Positions 51,366-64,000 of a stretch of DNA of 64,000 nt are shown here, one piece after another. Origin of the DNA: the human T2T-CHM13v2.0 reference genome, Homo sapiens; NCBI RefSeq assembly GCF_009914755.1, contig NC_060927.1; one strand, written 5' to 3'. Positions within the stretch are counted from its first letter, which is position 1. Each line of letters begins with the position of its first letter. The notes under the pieces were generated by a model. The model saw only the letters and a program-made list of their open reading frames with translations, ran no database searches and was not told the DNA's origin. A program made the position numbers and the translations under genes.

Positions 51366-51692
51366 TCACTCTGTCACCCAGACTGAAGTGCAGTGGCACA
51401 ATCATGGCTCAGTGCAGCCTCAACAATCCAGGCTCAAGTGATCCTCCCACCTTAGCCTCCTGAGTAGCTGGGACCACAGATGCACACCACCAAGTCCAGC
51501 TAATTTTAAAAAATTTTTGGGGCTGGGCGTGGTGGCTCACACCTGTTATCCCAACACTTTCAGAGGCCGAGGCAGGTGGATCACTGGAGGTCAGGAGTTC
51601 AAGACCAGCCTGACCAACATGGCAAAGCCCTGTCTCTACTAAAAATATAAAAATTAGCCTGGCATGGTGGCAGGCGCCTGCAATCTCGTCTA

Positions 51693-51800
<108 letters not shown>

Positions 51801-52351
51801 TCAAAAAAAAAAAAAAAAAAATTTGTAGAGATGGGATCCCACTATGTTGCCCAGGCTGGTTTTTGGTTTTGTTTTGTTTTGGTTTTGTTTTTTTGAGACA
51901 GAGTCTTGCTCTCATGCCCAGGCTGCAGTGCAGTGGCGTGACACAGCTCACTGCAACCTGTCTCCCGGGTTCAAGTGATTCTCCTGCCTCAGCCTCCCAA
52001 GTAGCTGGGATTACAGGTGCCCACCACTATACCTGGCTAATTTTTGTATTTTTAGTAGAGACGGGGTTTCACCATGTTGGCCAGGCTGGTCTCAAACTCC
52101 TGACCTCAAGTGATCCATCCTCCTCGGCTCCCAAAGTGCTGGGATTACAGGCGTAAACCACTGCACCTGGCCCCCAGGCTGGTCTTTAACTCATGGGCTC
52201 AGGCAATCCTCACACCTTGGTCTCCCAAAGTGCTAGGATTACAGGTGTGAGCCACTGCACCCAGTCCTGAAGCCTTTATTAAGGGTGAAAGGACATAAAC
52301 ATGCACACGAAATTATAAACTGAAAGGAAAAAGCTATTTCCCCTCCAATCA

Positions 52352-52489
<138 letters not shown>

Positions 52490-53264
52490 CTAACCACCGA
52501 GGACAGAGGCCAATCCCAGCAAAGACGACAGTTTTGTAAGAAAAAAAATAAGTACTTGGACTGGGTAGAAGCCTAGCCACAAATGAATCAGATTTCGCAC
52601 AAAAACTCAGTTCTAGGTATATTTTAATGTCAAATTTCCCAGAGCAAGGGTCTCAGTGGCAAGAGCAATGGGAGTCTGGCCACAAGGCCCACCCCATGTG
52701 GTACACGCTCAGAATCCCTCACCTGTAAGAGAAGTTTTATATAGTAAAACATGGCTTCCATCCATGCGCCTGCCAGGCACAGTGACTATGGACAAGTTTC
52801 CAGGCCTCTCTGAGCCTCAATTCTCCCTAGTTAACATGCTGGGGTTTTTGTGGGGGAAGTCTCTAACCCAGGATCTGGACTTTAATCTCCCCCAGTAGTT
52901 CCCCTCCAGTCTCACTTCCCCTGGATTACCAAGGGCCTGAGAACACTCTAAGCCAAGATTCAAGCAGGACAGCTTCAAGGCCAAGGAGGATGGCTGTGGC
53001 CACCTCTAAAGGCTAAGGGATAGCCAAGGCAACTGCATGCAACGTGCTGTAAGACGCTGAGAAAGGACCAGACAGGGATGATACCCAGGCAGGCATGACA
53101 GGTCCTGTGGACCCTGTACAGGGAAATAGTCCCCCAGTGTCAAGAGGTATGGGTCTTCACTCTGGCCCCCACAGAATGAACAACCCTGAGTATAAAGAGC
53201 AGTCTGAGGCTCCTACCATCTATCACCCACAGCTGTCTGTGCCACCTCTGGCATCTCCCTTTCT

Positions 53265-64000
<10,736 letters not shown>

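Overview
Primate (human-type) genomic DNA, recognisable as the PRKAR2A / SLC25A20 locus (3p21.31, from recall). The minus strand carries SLC25A20 (carnitine-acylcarnitine translocase) coding exons 3-9 with its 3'UTR and tandem poly(A) signals. About 9 kb downstream lie the CpG-island promoter and coding exon 1 of PRKAR2A (PKA RII-alpha), followed by about 20 kb of its intron 1. All exon boundaries were read from the sequence, have GT/AG ends and splice in frame. The rest is very repeat-dense: roughly 100 Alus or fragments (eye estimate), a twin-primed L1PA3-type insertion, shredded old L1M/L2/MIR, a Tigger3-type element with a nested MER1A, an LTR47-type and an LTR13-type LTR, and a compound (TA/CA/TG)n microsatellite. 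Nearly all ORF-track entries are Alu, L1 or microsatellite artefacts. I see no convincing new multi-gene system. The best unexplained signals are: a ~72-bp direct repeat bracketing the PRKAR2A promoter and exon 1; an inverted Alu pair sharing a private deletion; a candidate poison exon in SLC25A20 intron 4; a perfect RFX X-box; collapsed fold-back Alus; and a ~50-nt polyadenylated retro-fragment. Repeat subfamily names come from recalled consensus sequences, not from a search.
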